A stretch of DNA of 64,000 nt from an uncultured Acidobacteriaceae bacterium (GTDB taxonomy: Bacteria > Acidobacteriota > Terriglobia > Terriglobales > Acidobacteriaceae). Below, piece by piece: positions 8,141 to 18,600 of this stretch (within the stretch, counting starts at the first letter, position 1; each line of letters opens with the position of its first letter). Position numbers and translations under genes: made by a program. The stretch lies in NCBI GenBank assembly GCA_963800045.1, contig CAWCZN010000003.1, positions 260,730 through 324,729 on the forward strand. Reading direction: 5' to 3'. The notes under the pieces were generated by a model. The model made no database searches, was not told the DNA's origin, and saw only the letters and a list, made by a program, of their open reading frames with translations.

Positions 8141-10778
8141 CTACTTTGGTTGACCCGCCCAGTTCACAATCACGGTGATGGGAGGCCGACTGTCGTTGCC
8201 GACAGGTGTGAGAGAGAGAAAGCGTTGTCCGTCCGTCTGCGGTACGACCGGGCCTTTGACTTTGAAGAGCAGCTTCGGCAATCCGAAATCCAGGGCGCCA
8301 TTACCCGACCTTCCCACCGAGACGCTCATCAGTTGGCCTTCTGTTGTGTAATACAACTCCTTGCCATCGTGTCGCCAGAAGGGAGTCTGTCCGCCCTCGG
8401 TGGAAACGCGCACCGCCGGGCCTGGCCCGGGGAAGGGACGCACGAAAACCTCGTCGAGCCCAGTCTCATCCGATTCGTACGCCACCCACTTTCCATCGGG
8501 AGAGAACCGCCCACCCCTCTCCTCAGCTGCTGTCTGAACCACCGGAAATGGTTTTCGATCAGTTCCGCCGACCGGGAGGGCCCAGACATCGCGAGCGGTA
8601 GTGGGACTTTGGCTTGAGAACAGAATGAATTTGCCGTCGGGCGACCAGTCCGTGAGGTTCTTGGCCTCCTTTGAGGCAAACAGCACCTCATCCGGACTAC
8701 CGCTACCCACGACCTTCCAGTAGAGGTCGAGGACACCAACTCGTCCTGCACTGAAGGCGATTCGCTTCCCATCCGGCGACCAGCGCGCTGCACTGCTTTC
8801 CGCCTGGGTGAGCCGAGTGACCGTGCCGCGAGACATGTCCATCAAAAGATCATCTGGCGCACCGTCCTCCCCACGTCGGCTGGTGATCACCAGGGTGCGA
8901 CCGTCGGGTGAGAGTTCGCCGAACGCCACATCGGGCAACGGTTCACCTACGGTGCCAGCCGGCTTGCCGGAGCGATCGAACCAGGTGACTTGTCGGCGCG
9001 CGGCTTCATCCGGACGGTACGCGATCAGCCCTGTGTCTGACGCTGTGACCCGCGGGAAATTGACGCGATAGGACGAGATGCCGGAAGCGACCGGAAACGG
9101 CTCCCCGGAGACTTCCATCTTGACGGGATCGAAACGTTGCGCATACAAGACGCGCTCCCGCACCAGCAAAAGATAATTCGGCGGCGCAAACGTGACCGGA
9201 CCGTCGGCCTCGCAGATCCGGCGGAAGTCCTTGCTATCCAGCGAGCCGACGTATTCGCCCTCCACTTCCGGCGGACCGATGACCCAGAACAAGAAGTGAT
9301 GCCCGTCAGGCAGGAACGAAGGTAGGCGATGACTGGCATCCTGGGGGCTGCGCTGTTGTGTCACTTGTTCGGGACGCCCGCCAGTTGCTGGAATCCTGTA
9401 TAAGGGTCCGTTGCCTGCAGGAGCAAACAGAATCGTCCCGTCGCGATTCCACGATCCCCCGCGCGGCGTGGGGGCGTCGGCCAGGGTTTGCACTGTACCA
9501 CTCTCGATGTCGATTCGCTTCAGCGCCTGGTGGGAGAAGAACCCGACCGATCTGCTGTCGGCGGACCAGAAGGGTTCGAAGGCCGACTCGGTTCCCGCAA
9601 GTGGCTTGGCAGTTTCAGAATCGAGAGGCCGGAGCCAGAGTTGGTAGCCATTGCCAACCACCGCAGGACCAACGAAAACGATCTGGCGACCGTCCGGCGA
9701 AAGCTCCAGCTCGTCGCTGTCGCCGGGCATCAGGACTTGCAGACGCAGCTCTGGGGGACGAAGCGCGTTCGATGGTCTGTACCAAAGAAACAGTACAACG
9801 ACGGCAACAACGGCGAGCGCCGCGATCGTCCACGGGAGCGCATTGTGCCGACGCTGCGTGGGTGAAGCAAGTTTTGCGCTTGAGCCGGCTGCGTCGGAAT
9901 CCGGCGCGCCACTGATCAATTGCTCGAGTATCCGCCTCGCTTCTCCGATGTCGCGAAGGCGCTGCTTCGGTTCGCGCACCAGACAATCTCGCAACAGGAT
10001 ACGCAACCGCGAGGGTGTATTGGCGGGCAGAGCCGTCCAGTCAACCTCTCGCGTCAGCACCGCTGCCAGCGTGTCCGACACGTCATCGGCCTGATAGCCG
10101 CGCTTGCCGCTGAGCATTTCGTACAGCACGACGGCGAACGCCCAGATGTCGGCGCGCCGATCGACGGTCTTGCCCTTGGCTTGCTCGGGAGCCATATAAG
10201 CGGCCGTCCCTAAGAATGACGCCGATCTGCGTCGCTCGGCCGGTAAGCGTCGGCGAATTCCTGGCGTCCGACGATCCACTCGCGGAGTCTGGCAAGAAGG
10301 CCTTTGCCAGTCCGAAGTCCAGCACCTTCACCGTTCCATCCTCGCGAATCTTGATGTTCGCAGGCTTTAAATCGCGGTGGATAATCCCGCGTTCATGGGC
10401 GAACTCGATGGCCTCGGCGATCTGCCGCGCAATCGGCAGGGCTTCTTCTATGGGAATCGGCCCCTGTGCGAGGCGCTCGGCAAGGGTCGGTCCTTCCACC
10501 AGTTCGAGGACGAGGGCTCGATCCTCTACTCCGTAGATGGCAGCGATATTTGGATGATTGAGGGAGGCCAAGACCTGGGCCTCCCGGGTGAAGCGCGCCA
10601 AGCGATCCGTGTCCCCCGCCAAGGAGTCAGGAAGGACTTTGATGGCGACCTCGCGTCCCAGCTTGGTGTCAGTGGCCCGGTAAACCGCGCCCATGCCGCC
10701 TTCCCCGAGCTTAGTAGTAATCCTGTAGTGAGCGATACTGGTCTGCGGGATCATCGACTTGCAGCGTAATCGTATCAC
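8141..10778 (-). pseudogene. Hanks-type Ser/Thr kinase fused to a TolB-like (PD40) beta-propeller, interrupted by a 1-nt frameshift
   Basis: ORF 10083..10778 carries GEGGMGAVY, AIKVL, HRDLKPANI and DFGLAK, then runs out of frame after ...ATQIGVIL. ORF 8141..10279 resumes in another frame with GTAAYMAPEQAKGK...DIWAFAVVLYEML, then a TM segment and PD40 repeats (SPDGRQIVF, WSPDGKRIAFS, WSPDGKFILFS, FSPDGKWVAYES). Deleting the T at + strand 10211 restores IGVILGTAAYMAPEQ. The likely start is the ATG at 10754 (MIPQTSIAHYRI). Confidence 0.8.
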
Positions 10779-12540
10779 TGTGCCCTTGAGCTGGGCATAA
10801 GGAACGGCTAACGCGTCTGTGTATTCGGATCTGACCTGACACTCCTATTGGTGGACCAAATCACTCGGACGAGCAGTCGGCGTTCCGTACTTGTGGCGGC
10901 GAAGCCGGTGTAATTCCTCAAGAGCACGGGATGAGCGTTATACGTCACTCTAACACTGTTTCCTTGTCAAGCACATTTTGAGGCACCCACAGCATCCGCT
11001 CCTAAGAGCGCGCCATTTCGCTCTCATGGAAAACCCCGTGCCATCATCAACCAAAGGCTCGCGTGTAAATCTCTCGGGTGGAACTCAGTTCGACCCAACC
11101 ATCTCTCCGGTCGCAACATCGATCATGATTACTACTTCGAACTCCCTCTTAGCAGGGAGCGGAAGGTCCAATCAAGTGGGCGGTGATTTACTGCACACCA
11201 TGGACGTGTTCGAACTCTCCCGCGTGCGAACCGAATTTTGCAACCTGTTCGTAATTCCATTCCTTGCGCCACATCCAGAACAAACTGACAGCGAGTTTAC
11301 GTGCCATGGCTACCTTAGCGATCCGGGGATCCCGCCGCATGGCCAGGTGTAAATACTTCCGTCGCCACTCCTGGTCGCAACGGACAGCCGCCTGGGCTGC
11401 TTCCACCAGCAAGAAACGCAACAGCGTGTTGCCCTGCTTGCTGATATGCCCCAACCGCTGACGATTGGCGCTGGAGTCTTCACAGGGAATGAGTCCCAAG
11501 TAGCTGCCAATCTGCTTGCCGCAAGCGAAACGCTTGGTTGATCCGATGATCAGCACAAAGGCGAGGGCAGTCAGGGGACCAACCCCGGGATGCGTCATCA
11601 GCCGTAGCACCTCGGGTCGTTTTTTTGATTCCTCCTCCACCGCCGTGCTCAGTTCATCGATGGTGGGGTTCAAGCGGTCTAGCACGTCCAACAAGTCTTG
11701 CCGGCGTCGGCTGGCCCAAGGTAATAACACGAAGGACTCCAACTGGGCGCGCCCCGACTTGCTCCACAGTGCTTTCTTGCGTCGCACTCCTTCATTCATA
11801 GCCACAGCCTGCAACTGATTCAAGACTCGTGTCCGTATCTGCACCAGCCGATGCCGATGCCAAAGCAGTTGGCGCAGATCCCGATTCTCCGGGCTCGGCA
11901 CCCATATGCGTGGAAAGCGATCTTCCACCAGCAGCTTCAGCAGCAGCTCCGCATCCAACCGGTCGTTCTTCTGCTTCCGCACTCGCGCAGCCTTAATCTC
12001 TGACGGATTGCCAATCCATAGCTCGAAACCCAGCTCCGCCAGTAACCGTTCGAACCAGCGGGCGTGCCCTGTGGCTTCTATCCCCACGCGCACGCTTACA
12101 ACTCGTAGCTTTAAGTCGCGGTAAAACCTTTCAGCTTCGCCGTCCTTGCGCAGCAGTCGTCGTTCACCGCTCTCTCCAGTCCCTGAATCGACAAACGCGA
12201 TTTGCTGAACGCTCGGGTGATAATCGCAACCTATAATCAGCATGTTCGGCTCCTTCCTCCCGAGCCTTGGTTGCTTGGCAGCTATCAAGTCTACTCACGT
12301 CGAGGGAGCCGACAGTGTTATGAAATCAAGTGGAATGCTAATGCGGTTGCTGGATACTTGCCCATTTTCCGGAGTAATCTTCCAGAAGCCGGCTTTGTGG
12401 CCAATATCACGAGCAAATGCCGCCGAGGATCATATCCGGCTTAGTTTAGTTAGGTTAGGACACGAGTTGATATGGCTCTTTGACGGAGCGTCACCCGTTC
12501 GCGAGTAGGATGAGAGACGAGCAAGCCTAAAGGAGCCGGT
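10779..12540 (-). mobile_element. Interval containing an IS110-family insertion sequence (exact ends not determinable from one copy)
   Basis: The transposase gene 11188..12243 sits alone between two chromosomal genes. The IS110 family lacks classical terminal inverted repeats, so the ends cannot be read off a single copy. The element must lie inside this intergenic interval. Confidence 0.6.
11188..12243 (-). CDS. IS110-family transposase (DEDD RuvC-like N-domain plus Transposase_20 C-domain)
   Basis: MLIIGCDYHPSVQQIAFVD and VGIEATGHARWF form the DEDD_Tnp_IS110 N-domain. LMTHPGVGPLTALAFVLIIG...GSYLGLIPCEDSSANRQRLGHISKQGNTLLRFLLVEAA is the C-terminal domain with the conserved Ser region. The start at ATG 12243 has GGAGGAAGGAG upstream. 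Confidence 0.92.
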   Translation of the reverse strand: MLIIGCDYHPSVQQIAFVDSGTGESGERRLLRKDGEAERFYRDLKLRVVSVRVGIEATGHARWFERLLAELGFELWIGNPSEIKAARVRKQKNDRLDAELLLKLLVEDRFPRIWVPSPENRDLRQLLWHRHRLVQIRTRVLNQLQAVAMNEGVRRKKALWSKSGRAQLESFVLLPWASRRRQDLLDVLDRLNPTIDELSTAVEEESKKRPEVLRLMTHPGVGPLTALAFVLIIGSTKRFACGKQIGSYLGLIPCEDSSANRQRLGHISKQGNTLLRFLLVEAAQAAVRCDQEWRRKYLHLAMRRDPRIAKVAMARKLAVSLFWMWRKEWNYEQVAKFGSHAGEFEHVHGVQ

Positions 12541-14595
12541 TTACGGTCGCTGTAAATCCAGGATCACCACATCCGAGCGGTCCTGCACTCGTTCCAGGAC
12601 AACTTCACGACCGTCCGGAGAAATATCGAAGTCGCGGATGTCGAAGTCGGCAGCGAAATTGGTTAACTGCCGCTCGTCGCCCGTAGTCAGGTCGACCACC
12701 CAAAGATTCTTGTGTTGGATATCTCCCCGCAGCAGAACGAGCGCTTCTTCGCCACGCAAGAACGTCACATGTCGAGCGCCCCGAGTGAGGGTCAGCGGCG
12801 GCAAGGGGTGCGGCGCGGCATCGGGCGTGGCGGCTTTCAGCACAAACTTGGTACCAACGTCGGCTCCTGAGTAAACAACATAGCTGCCGTCGGGAGCCCA
12901 TGCAGGGTCGACCGAATACTCACGCACCAAGGGAGCAGGGGAGCCGCCGTCGATAGGCACGCGAAACAGGTGCGGTACGCCATGGTCGTCGGCGGCGGTT
13001 GTGATCGACTTGCCATCGGGCGCCCATGCTGGAGCACCTTGCAAGTCTATCGAGCTTGACACGATGCGCGGGTTGGTTCCGTCGGCCTGCATCACATACA
13101 ACAATGACTGACCGCGCTGCCGCACGGAAAACGCGATAGACCGTCCATCGGGAGAGATTGCCGGGCCGCCGAAGACTTGCGCTTCCTTACCACTCCACAA
13201 TTCGGTTGCAGTTTCGTTGGCCAGCTTCCAGACACTCTCGCCGGTCCCGGTCGCGGAAACATACAGGAGAAAGTCGGTACCCAACCTTGGAGAAAATCCC
13301 GTGGTGGTGGTCAACGCGATCGGCGCAGCGGCGGGTATCTGCGCTAAAGAGTTGCCGATGGGCAGGCGCCAGAGGGTTCGCTTCGGATTATCCAGTGTAA
13401 CCACCACGCGACGACCGTCGGCACTGGCTGAAAGCGACGTGTAGCGGTAAAGATCGGAGCTCAACTGATGAGGAATGCGGCGGTCCGTGTCGATGCTGTA
13501 GAGCGATGGTCCGGATCCATCGGAAGCGGTGGCAAGGTACATCAAGGTTTTCCGATCCAGCAGGACCGGATAGGTTACACGGACGTTCTGCGATGTGATC
13601 CGCTCAGGAGTCCCGCCGCTGGGACGGACGCGCCAGATATCCAACTTGTCTGGCAGCGCTCCTTCTACGAAGTAAATGAACTTTCTATCGGGCGACCATG
13701 TTGGAAAATGCGAGTGGAGTCCAGGCGGCGCAGTGAAGATAGGACGATCCTGGGCGCGGGAGATGCCGTCCGATACAAATAGCGGGTCTCCGGGACCCGG
13801 CGTGTGATAGGCGAGGCGGGAGCCGTCCCTCGACCAGTCCAGCTCAGCCGCACCTTCCATGTACAGTCTCGGCTGCCCTCCTAGTGTAGGCACCGCCCAG
13901 ATATTAATAGCGTCGCCACCGGAAGCGTTTTGGTCTCGAGCCCAGAATGTGACCAGAGCACCGTCGGGTGAGAAGCCGAGAGTACGGACGGAGGGATTAA
14001 CCAGTTCACGCGCGCTGCCGCGGGTCAGATTATGGAATTGTCCCGAACCGACCTGGGTGACCCATACGTCTACCGGGCCGTCCCGGTCGGAGAGGAATGC
14101 CACGAAGTGTCCGTCGGGCGACAGGACAGCAGCCTGCTCCACTCCGCCAAAGTCCGTGACGGCCTGGATGTGCGCGTTGGTGATCGGACTTTTCCAGAAG
14201 TACTCGGTCCTGTAAAACCAAACAGATGCGGCTGTGGCCAGCACCGCTCCCAACACCACTAAATACACTCCCCGCGGCCATCCGCCCACAGACGTTAATG
14301 TAGTTGAACCCGGCTGCTGCACAGCACGCCCGACGGACGGGGCATCGCTCACGCCCTGAGGCTCGGTGCGCAGCTTTCGGCTGCTGGCCCAAGCGTCCAA
14401 GTCCGCCCGGAAAGCGTACACCGAGCCCATCCTGTCGTGGAGGTGCCGGTGAACGGGCATCCCCTCTCGCTTTTCCCATCGCTGGACCGTAGTGACGTCA
14501 CGGTTGAGGTAGGCGGCGATCTCCTTCCACGAATCGAGTCGGACTTCGGGCGATTTCCCGGCTCCCTCTGTGTTGGCGGGCAGTTGGCCCATCAC
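12541..14595 (-). CDS. HTH-domain membrane protein with a TolB-like (PD40) beta-propeller sensor
   Basis: The N-terminus SWKEIAAYLNRDVTTVQRWEKREGMPVHR is an excisionase/MerR-like HTH. There is one TM segment (VYLVVLGAVLATAASVWFY). Repeated PD40 motifs follow: LSPDGHFVAFLSDRDG, FSPDGALVTF, WSRDGSRLAY, WSPDRKFIYF, ISPDGRSIAFS, WAPDGKSITT, WAPDGSYVVYS, ISPDGREVVLE. Confidence 0.8.
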   Translation of the reverse strand: MMGQLPANTEGAGKSPEVRLDSWKEIAAYLNRDVTTVQRWEKREGMPVHRHLHDRMGSVYAFRADLDAWASSRKLRTEPQGVSDAPSVGRAVQQPGSTTLTSVGGWPRGVYLVVLGAVLATAASVWFYRTEYFWKSPITNAHIQAVTDFGGVEQAAVLSPDGHFVAFLSDRDGPVDVWVTQVGSGQFHNLTRGSARELVNPSVRTLGFSPDGALVTFWARDQNASGGDAINIWAVPTLGGQPRLYMEGAAELDWSRDGSRLAYHTPGPGDPLFVSDGISRAQDRPIFTAPPGLHSHFPTWSPDRKFIYFVEGALPDKLDIWRVRPSGGTPERITSQNVRVTYPVLLDRKTLMYLATASDGSGPSLYSIDTDRRIPHQLSSDLYRYTSLSASADGRRVVVTLDNPKRTLWRLPIGNSLAQIPAAAPIALTTTTGFSPRLGTDFLLYVSATGTGESVWKLANETATELWSGKEAQVFGGPAISPDGRSIAFSVRQRGQSLLYVMQADGTNPRIVSSSIDLQGAPAWAPDGKSITTAADDHGVPHLFRVPIDGGSPAPLVREYSVDPAWAPDGSYVVYSGADVGTKFVLKAATPDAAPHPLPPLTLTRGARHVTFLRGEEALVLLRGDIQHKNLWVVDLTTGDERQLTNFAADFDIRDFDISPDGREVVLERVQDRSDVVILDLQRP

Positions 14596-14809
14596 GCTCT
14601 CCTGATTGTCTTTCGCCTACTGAAACCGATTGCGGTTCAGGAACCAGATTGTAGCCTTCCCGAGCCGCGCACGGCAAAGCGCGGTATTTGACTGCAAAGT
14701 ACAGAATCGGTTGCGGTTCCGCACCTTGCTGCTTGAGCTTCACGGCAAAGTGGACCCATCTTGGGCAGGCGTCACCGGCCGGCGGCGCTAACACAGACAG
14801 GAGATCGAA

Positions 14810-15322
14810 ATGCGAAAAAGATTGCTCGTACTGACGTTCGGCGCCGCGATTGCGGTCGCGGCTCTTTATCACGCAGGCAATGTCTGGGCGACCTCAGGCT
14901 CTGGGTACACCAGCACCACGCTGTACAGCGGCAGGTTCGCCGACATCGATGTGTTTAACCAGTTCATGCCCCAACCCGGCAAGACCTGGACCTCTTCTCA
15001 AAAGACGACTGCGCCCTCTGATCTGTACGTGCAGCAGAACACGTGGCAGGCAGGTGGAACTACCGGCTGGCACACCCATCCTGGTCACAGCCTGATCATC
15101 GTTACCGAGGGAACGGTGACCGACTACGAAGGAGATGATCCCCAGTGCACGCCCCATGTTTACAGCCAGGGTATGACCTTCGTCGATGAGGGCGGCGAGC
15201 ACCACGAGCACATCATTAGGAATGAAACCGGCGCGGAGGCCCAGACCATCGCGGTTCAGCTCATTCCAGCTGGCGCCATGCGCCGCATTGACTTGCCCGA
15301 CCCAGGGAATTGTCCCTTTTAA
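14810..15322 (+). CDS. Secreted cupin-domain protein
   Basis: Signal peptide MRKRLLVLTFGAAIAVAALYHAGNVWA. Cupin motifs GWHTHPGHSLIIVTEGTV and GGEHHEHIIRN. Confidence 0.8.
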   Translation: MRKRLLVLTFGAAIAVAALYHAGNVWATSGSGYTSTTLYSGRFADIDVFNQFMPQPGKTWTSSQKTTAPSDLYVQQNTWQAGGTTGWHTHPGHSLIIVTEGTVTDYEGDDPQCTPHVYSQGMTFVDEGGEHHEHIIRNETGAEAQTIAVQLIPAGAMRRIDLPDPGNCPF

Positions 15323-15408
15323 CGGAGAGGTTGGCGCGGCAAGTTGGAAAACATCGGTTGACTGGAACTTGAAAGTGAAACTAGGCCACGACTGAAAGGG
15401 AGAGAGTT

Positions 15409-15552
15409 ATGGATTTTCTTGAGCGGCTCTTCGGATTTGCTCCGGACAATGGAAGCGGACTTTGGGAGGCGTTTATAGTGCTCCTCCCTTTCATCGTGGC
15501 TCTCTACTGCAGTCTGCGCAGAAAGCGAATGTCTGACCAATCTCGGATGTAG
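15409..15552 (+). CDS. Small membrane protein (47 aa), unannotated
   Basis: Hand translation gives MDFLERLFGFAPDNGSGLWEAFIVLLPFIVALYCSLRRKRMSDQSRM then TAG, with GGGAGAGAG 6-8 nt upstream of the ATG. It has one hydrophobic helix and a basic tail. The N-terminal motif (LE.LFG..PD.GSG) resembles a widespread small-protein family from memory; this is not verified. Confidence 0.5.
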   Translation: MDFLERLFGFAPDNGSGLWEAFIVLLPFIVALYCSLRRKRMSDQSRM

Positions 15553-15631
15553 GGCTCTCGCGCTTCGACATCGCGCCGCCCGCGGGCAGCGCGGCACATA
15601 GTGAACCAAACAGCACAGGGACAAAGGACAC

Positions 15632-18600
15632 ATGCAGATCACCGACATCAGCCCGACCTCCGCCAATACGAGCGCGACCGATACGAACCGCTGCGTTTCC
15701 GGACGCATGCTCTCCATAGCTTGCGCCCCGGACGGATCAGTCTTGTTCGCAGGCTCGTACTCAAACCTTTGGAAATCTTTAGACAGCGGCCAGAGCTGGA
15801 CGCAGTTAACCTGGCCGCAGCCGCCAATGGACCAGTACGATGTTCCCGGATCGCTCGACGGCTGGTGCGCAGTCGATATCGCGATGACTCTCGGATGGCG
15901 GGTCGAGAAGCATCCCAGGATGCTGGAGACGCTAACCGACAGCGGCCATACCGACATCATCGGATTCGGCGATTGCGGAGTGTGGACAGCGCTCGGCAAG
16001 GGCGACGGCAGCTTTGCGAATCCCAACGTTGTGCTGGCGGCCTTTGGCTACCAGGCCGGAGGATGGAAGGTTGATCTGCATCCCAGGTGTCTGGCAACGC
16101 TGACCGACAGCCGCCATCCCGACATTGTGGGATTTGGGGACGCCGGGGTGTGGACCGCCCTGGGCTTGGGCAACGGCGGATTTGAGGCCGCGCAGTATGT
16201 TCTCGCCGCCTTCGGCGTGCAGCAGGGATGGCAGGTCGCGGCGCATCTCAGGCTCGTGGAGGACTTAACCGGCAATGGCCATGCGGACATCGTAGGCTTC
16301 GGCGATGCCGGCGTTGTGGTGGCCTTGGGGAGCGGAGACGGCTCCTTTCAACCCCCGCTGGCGGTCTATCCCGGCTTCGGAGTGCAACAGGGATGGCTGG
16401 TCGCGCAGCATCCCAGATTTCTGGCGGTGACAACCAGCAGCGGCCATCTGGACATCGTGGGGTTCGGCGACGCGGGCGTGGAGGTTGCACTGGGCAACGG
16501 AGACGGCACGTTTCAGCCTGCGATGTCTGCCCTGGCCGACTTCGGCGTTCAACAGGGATGGCAAGTCGATCAGCATCCGCGTTTTGTCATCGATTTAACC
16601 GGCAACGGGCATGCAGACATAGTTGGCTTTGGCCCCGCGGGAGTGTCGGTTGCGTTGGGCAATGGCGATGGCACGTTTCAGCCCGCACTGCCGGTTTATC
16701 CAGGGTTCGGCGTGCAACAGGGATGGCAGGTGGCACTGCATCCCAGGTTTCTTGCCGTGACGACTGCCAGCGGCCACGCGGACATTGTAGGCTTCGGTGA
16801 TGCCGGGGTAGAAATCGCGCTGGGCAACGGCGACGGCACGTTCCAGCCCGCGCAATCCGCAGCTGCCGCCTTCGGCGTTCAACAAGGATGGCAAGTCGAC
16901 CGGCATCCCAGATTCGTCGCCAGCCTGACTAAGGGCGGCTTCGCGGGAATCGTCGCGTTCGGGGAGGCCGGTGTAAGTACAGCACTGTCCTATGGTGATG
17001 GTGTATTCCCTGCCTCCAACTTTGTACTGTCCAACTTCGGGTATCAGACCATCGTGTTGGCCCTGATGAGTCATGACCGCACCCTGGGACCGCTAGGTTT
17101 GGGCAGCCGGGGTATATGGCGGTCCAGCGACGGGGGGTCTACCTGGAGCCAAGTGCATCTCTTCTCTGCCCCACAAAACGTTGGCCAACTGGAATGGGCT
17201 CTGGGCAGCGATCATCTGGTGTACGCGGCGGGCGGAGATTCCCTGGTGGTCAGTAAAGATGCGGGAGCGACGTTTACTGAGATTACTCCTTGGGGTACGG
17301 GCGCGGGCAAGAGCGTCAATCACGTTGCGGTGTGGCAGAACGCGCCTGCGGACCCGTACCCGACCGTGATCTACGCTCTGGGTGCCAGTTGCATGTTTCT
17401 CTCGTTCGACGGCGGCGCATCGTGGACCGAAGACACGGCTACGCTTCCGGCGAACATCGGCGGTGCGGCACATACAACCGCCAATTCCAACACTCCAAAG
17501 GTGATGGCGATTTCTCCGGTCAATTCGCGCCAGGTCTACATCGTTGGCAATGGAGGAGACGCGGCCGCGCCCGCCATGATTTATTTGTTCGATTACTCGC
17601 AGTTCCCCTTGGTGCTGCAGAAATCGGTGCCCCCGCAAATACTGCCGCTGCCTTCGTATCTCACTGACGCGTCTCCCAGTGGTTCCACGCAGGATTCCGG
17701 CAACGTTTTTTTATTGGCCACACAACCCGGCCACGGCGACCTCTTGTTCTTAGGTGGTCAAAGGCCGGTGGCTTATGTGGGCCCGCTCAATCCTGCTTCG
17801 GGTTCCGACTGGCAGGCTTTGGATTCCAGGGTTCACTGGGACCTGCATGGGATTCTTCTGTCGCCTGATTTCGCGGCGTCGCTGCAGGGAGGCAATTACG
17901 CGGCGAGCGCCGGGACCGTTTGGATGTTGAGCGACGGCGGAATACACAGAAGCACGGATGGCGGAAAAACCTTTCTCCCAACCATCGGGCTCAACACCCT
18001 ATCGGTTTTAAGTGTCGGTGGAGTCGCCATAGCTGGACGCGGTCCCGCCTTGTCGCTGAATACCGGCGACAACGACGGATTCTATTCCCTGGACGGCGGG
18101 AAGAGTTGGACTTATCAGCAGTATGGCGGTGGCGACAACGACTGTGCTTTTGCCGATCCACAACGACCGTACTCCATGTTCATCGCAACCCCTCGCTGGG
18201 ACACCGCAGGAACGCTCGCTGACCACACCAGCGATGGCCAGACGGTGACAATCTATGAGGCTTCGCCCGGCAGCCTGCCCAACGCCTCAAACAACGGAAC
18301 GAGTTCTCGGCACGTCATTCCCGGGCCGCCGTACATTACCTATCCACCATCTACCAATGGGACTTATCCCGGGTGGAACGCGAGCAGCGGGTCTTTTTCA
18401 CGCGGCTCCCGGCCCGTCATTCTCGGGCTGCCGGGAGAAGAGCCGCCGGTGCAGGGCGACTACGTATTCGTCCTAAACCCGGAGCTTCAACCGAGTCTGG
18501 TGAGAACGCAAAGCATTCTGAATATCAGCAGCCGGGACGAGTGGCAGACCACGGCAACGGAACCGGTTCCGGGAACGAACGTCTACCTGCAAGGGCCTCC

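Noticed and set aside
10190-10230. Programmed ribosomal frameshift in the kinase gene
   Set aside because: There is no slippery heptamer or downstream structure at the shift site (…ATTCTTAGGGACG…). A simple 1-nt insertion explains it.
10965-10970. Outward-facing TTGACA (minus strand) as the -35 half of an IS110 circle-junction promoter, implying an IS end near 10950
   Set aside because: It is equally well explained as the -35 of the downstream kinase gene promoter. It also conflicts with the alternative reading that the IS ends shortly after the transposase stop. One copy cannot resolve this.
10978-11352. 124-aa + strand ORF in the flank of the IS110 transposase
   Set aside because: It overlaps the transposase 3' end antisense, has no RBS or recognisable motif, and is most likely non-coding IS or flanking sequence.
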